In this document: positions 47,439 through 49,624 of the stretch, piece by piece
How the letters are laid out: every line of letters starts with the position of its first letter
Position numbering within the stretch: position 1 is the stretch's first letter
Assembly (NCBI GenBank): GCA_038087875.1
Contig: JAXLNO010005255.1
Location: 124,001 to 173,624 of the forward strand
From: Malacoraja senta
Taxonomy: Eukaryota
Length of the DNA stretch: 49,624 nt
Direction of reading: 5' to 3'
Made by a program: the position numbers and the translations under genes
The notes under the pieces: model-generated
Told to the model about the DNA's origin: nothing
Database searches by the model: none
The model's input: only the letters and a program-made list of their open reading frames with translations

Positions 47439-48786
47439 TTCAGATTCAGATTCAGATTATTTAATGACCACACAGTCAAGCTGGTGGAATTCATGTTCAG
47501 TACAGGATGTTACACAATAGGCTGATTCCTGTCAAACATAACATAAAACACAACAACATACAGTATACAGTACATGCACGAGGTGGCTATGTGATGTTGT
47601 CATAGAGTGTTCAGATTTCGAATTGCATATGGGTAGAAACTGTTTTTAAGTCGTGATGTTTTGGCGGGCAGTGAGCTGTAGCGCCTTCCTGACGGCAGCA
47701 GGTGGAAGATGTGGTGAGCTGCGTGGGAGGGATCAGAAATTATTTTATTCACCCTTGACACAGACCGTTTGAGATTGAGTGATTCTATTGATGGGAGGGA
47801 AGTGCTGATGATTTTGGATGCTTTGTTGACAATGCGCTGTAGTTTATTACGGGAGTGAGTGTCTAAACTGCTGTACCAAACTGTTATTGATGAAGTGAGC
47901 ATGCTTTGGATGATGGCTGTGTAAAATCGGATTAGGAGATGTTTCCTCACTCTGAACTTCTTGAGCTGACGGAGAAAGAAAAGTCTTTGGTTGGCTTTTT
48001 TATAAATGTGATCTGAATTGATTTTCCATTTGAGGTTATTGCTTATGTGAGTGCCAAGAAATTTGAATGAGTCAGTGGTGGATATGGGTTCGCCAGAGAT
48101 GAGTAGGGGGGTCTTGGGTTGTGCCTTACGTCTGAGATCAATGATAAGTTCATGTGTTTTTGATGTGTTGAGTAGGAGGTTATTATCTGCTTTGTTTGTT
48201 TGAGTGCGGTATTCTGTTTCGTTGTTGTTAGAGATGAGACCTATGATGGTTGTGTCATCTGCGTATTTATATATTTTAACTGAACTATACTGGGATGTGA
48301 GTTGATTTGTGTAGAGTGAGAATAACCAGGGTGACAAGACGCAACCCTGAGGGGCTCCTGTACTGAGGTGCAGAGGGTGAGATATGGTGTTATGTATCTT
48401 CACCCTCTGTTGTCTGTTCCAAAGGAAGCTATAGATCCAATGACAGACGCAGGGGTCAATGTTCATGTCCGTTATTTATGGAAAAGTTTAACCGGGTTGA
48501 TGGAGTTGAATGCCGAACTGTAGTCCATGAACAGGATGCGGGCGTAAGTGTTGGCGGTTTCCAGGTGTTGCAGAGTGTGATGGATGGCCAGGTTGACTGT
48601 GTCTTCTACTGACCTGTTTGCTCTATATGCGAATTGATGTGGGTCCATGTTGGATGAAGTGCTGGTTTTGAGGTGAGCGAGAATAATGCGCTCAAATGAC
48701 TTCATGGCCACAGATGTAAGGGCAATCGGTCTGTAGTCATTGAGGCAGGATGTTGTGTTAGACGTGGGCACAGGAATGATGGTGGA
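47439..48786 (-). mobile_element. 5'-truncated Rex1/Babar-type LINE
   Basis: DYRPIALTSVAMKSFERII, QFAYRANRSVED, DYSSAFN, GAPQGCVLSP, YADD. One frameshift at about 48470. (TCTGAA)n tail. Confidence 0.88.
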
Positions 48787-48982
48787 TTAGGAAGGCGAAC
48801 AGGCCAAAACTGCACACAATACTGCAGGTGTGGTCTCACCAGGCCCTGTACAACTGCAGAAGGACCTCTTTGCTCCAATACTCAACTCTTTCTCTGTTTT
48901 CTTTAGTGGTCTTTCCAAATAAAATGAAAACATATTTTACACTTTGTGGACACCTTGATGTTTGAATTATGTTCTTCAACCA

Positions 48983-49310
48983 GTTTAGTCTAGTTTAGTT
49001 TAGAGATACAGTACGGAAACAGGCCCTTCGGCCCCACCGAGTCCGTGCTGACCAGCGATGCCCGCACACTAACACTATCCTACACACACACACAGGGGGA
49101 CAATTTACAATCTTTACCAGAAACCAATTAACATGCAAACCCGCACATCTTTGGAGTGTGATAGAAAAACAGAGCGCCCGGAGAAAACCCACGCAGGTCA
49201 CGGGGAGAGAACGTGCAAACACCGCACAGACAGCACCCGTGGTCGGGATGGAACCGGGGTCTCTGGCGCCGTGAGGCGGTAACTCTACCGCTGGGTCACC
49301 GTGACGACCC
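48983..49310 (-). mobile_element. V-SINE (HE1-like)
   Basis: B box GGTTCCATCC, V-domain, (TAAAC)n tail. Confidence 0.85.
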
Positions 49311-49314
49311 GAGA

Positions 49315-49500
49315 GGGAGGGAGAGGTGGATACTTCTCTCACCCTCTCTCTCTCTCTCTCTCTCTCTCCCTGCTTCTCTATCTCTCTCTCTCTCCTGCCT
49401 CTCACTCTCCCCCCCCCCCCTCTCCCTCTCTCTCTCCTCTCTCTCTCCCTCCATCCCTCCATACCCCCCTCCTTTGTTCTCTCCATTCCACCCTCAATGC
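49315..49500. repeat. CT-rich low-complexity tract
   Basis: Direct reading. It explains the ERERE-type ORF 48995..49582. Confidence 0.9.
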
Positions 49501-49624
49501 CCAAAAAACAACAACAAAACACCCGGAACCAAAACTGCGGCGTTTCGCCCTCCACCCGGAGGCCTGAGACCCGCCGTCCCACTTTGCCAGCGCCGGTGCG
49601 CCGCCCTAAACCGTCCCCCCTTTC

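Noticed and set aside
48995-49624. 195-aa ORF and GC-rich window end
   Set aside because: SINE plus CT low-complexity sequence. The last about 120 nt look like low-quality or unrelated sequence.

Overview
Eukaryotic (vertebrate) genomic DNA, most likely an elasmobranch. This is inferred from abundant HE1/V-SINE-type SINEs with (TAAAC)n tails, CR1/HER1-type LINE tails, Penelope-type short repeats and a shark-like MHC C1 exon. One host gene is visible on the + strand: the 3' half of an MHC class I-like gene, with an alpha3-type Ig C1 exon at 5296-5562 and a transmembrane exon at 8242-8349. No alpha1/alpha2 exons were found and the cytoplasmic exon is unresolved. The rest is a dense, nested transposon field. 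An L1 on the minus strand (about 11770-29140) carries a full-length DIRS1-type tyrosine-recombinase retrotransposon (11911-16930) and a full-length second L1 (17695-24213, 16-bp TSD). A second full-length DIRS element lies at 32292-37351. There are two solo LTRs with 5-bp TSDs, a hAT-like MITE, a defective class I ERV (LTR, env pseudogene, integrase tail, partly duplicated) at 43581-47089, a Rex1/Babar LINE inside a CR1-derived 109-bp tandem repeat, and many SINE, CR1 and Penelope fragments. A 150-N gap lies at 19504-19653. The most intriguing signal is a set of splice-site-like sequences, conserved in position between the two divergent DIRS elements, that flank pol and could explain how the recombinase ORF is expressed. 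Most short ORFs in the supplied track are repeat-derived or spurious. Boundaries of old repeats are approximate and were judged by eye.
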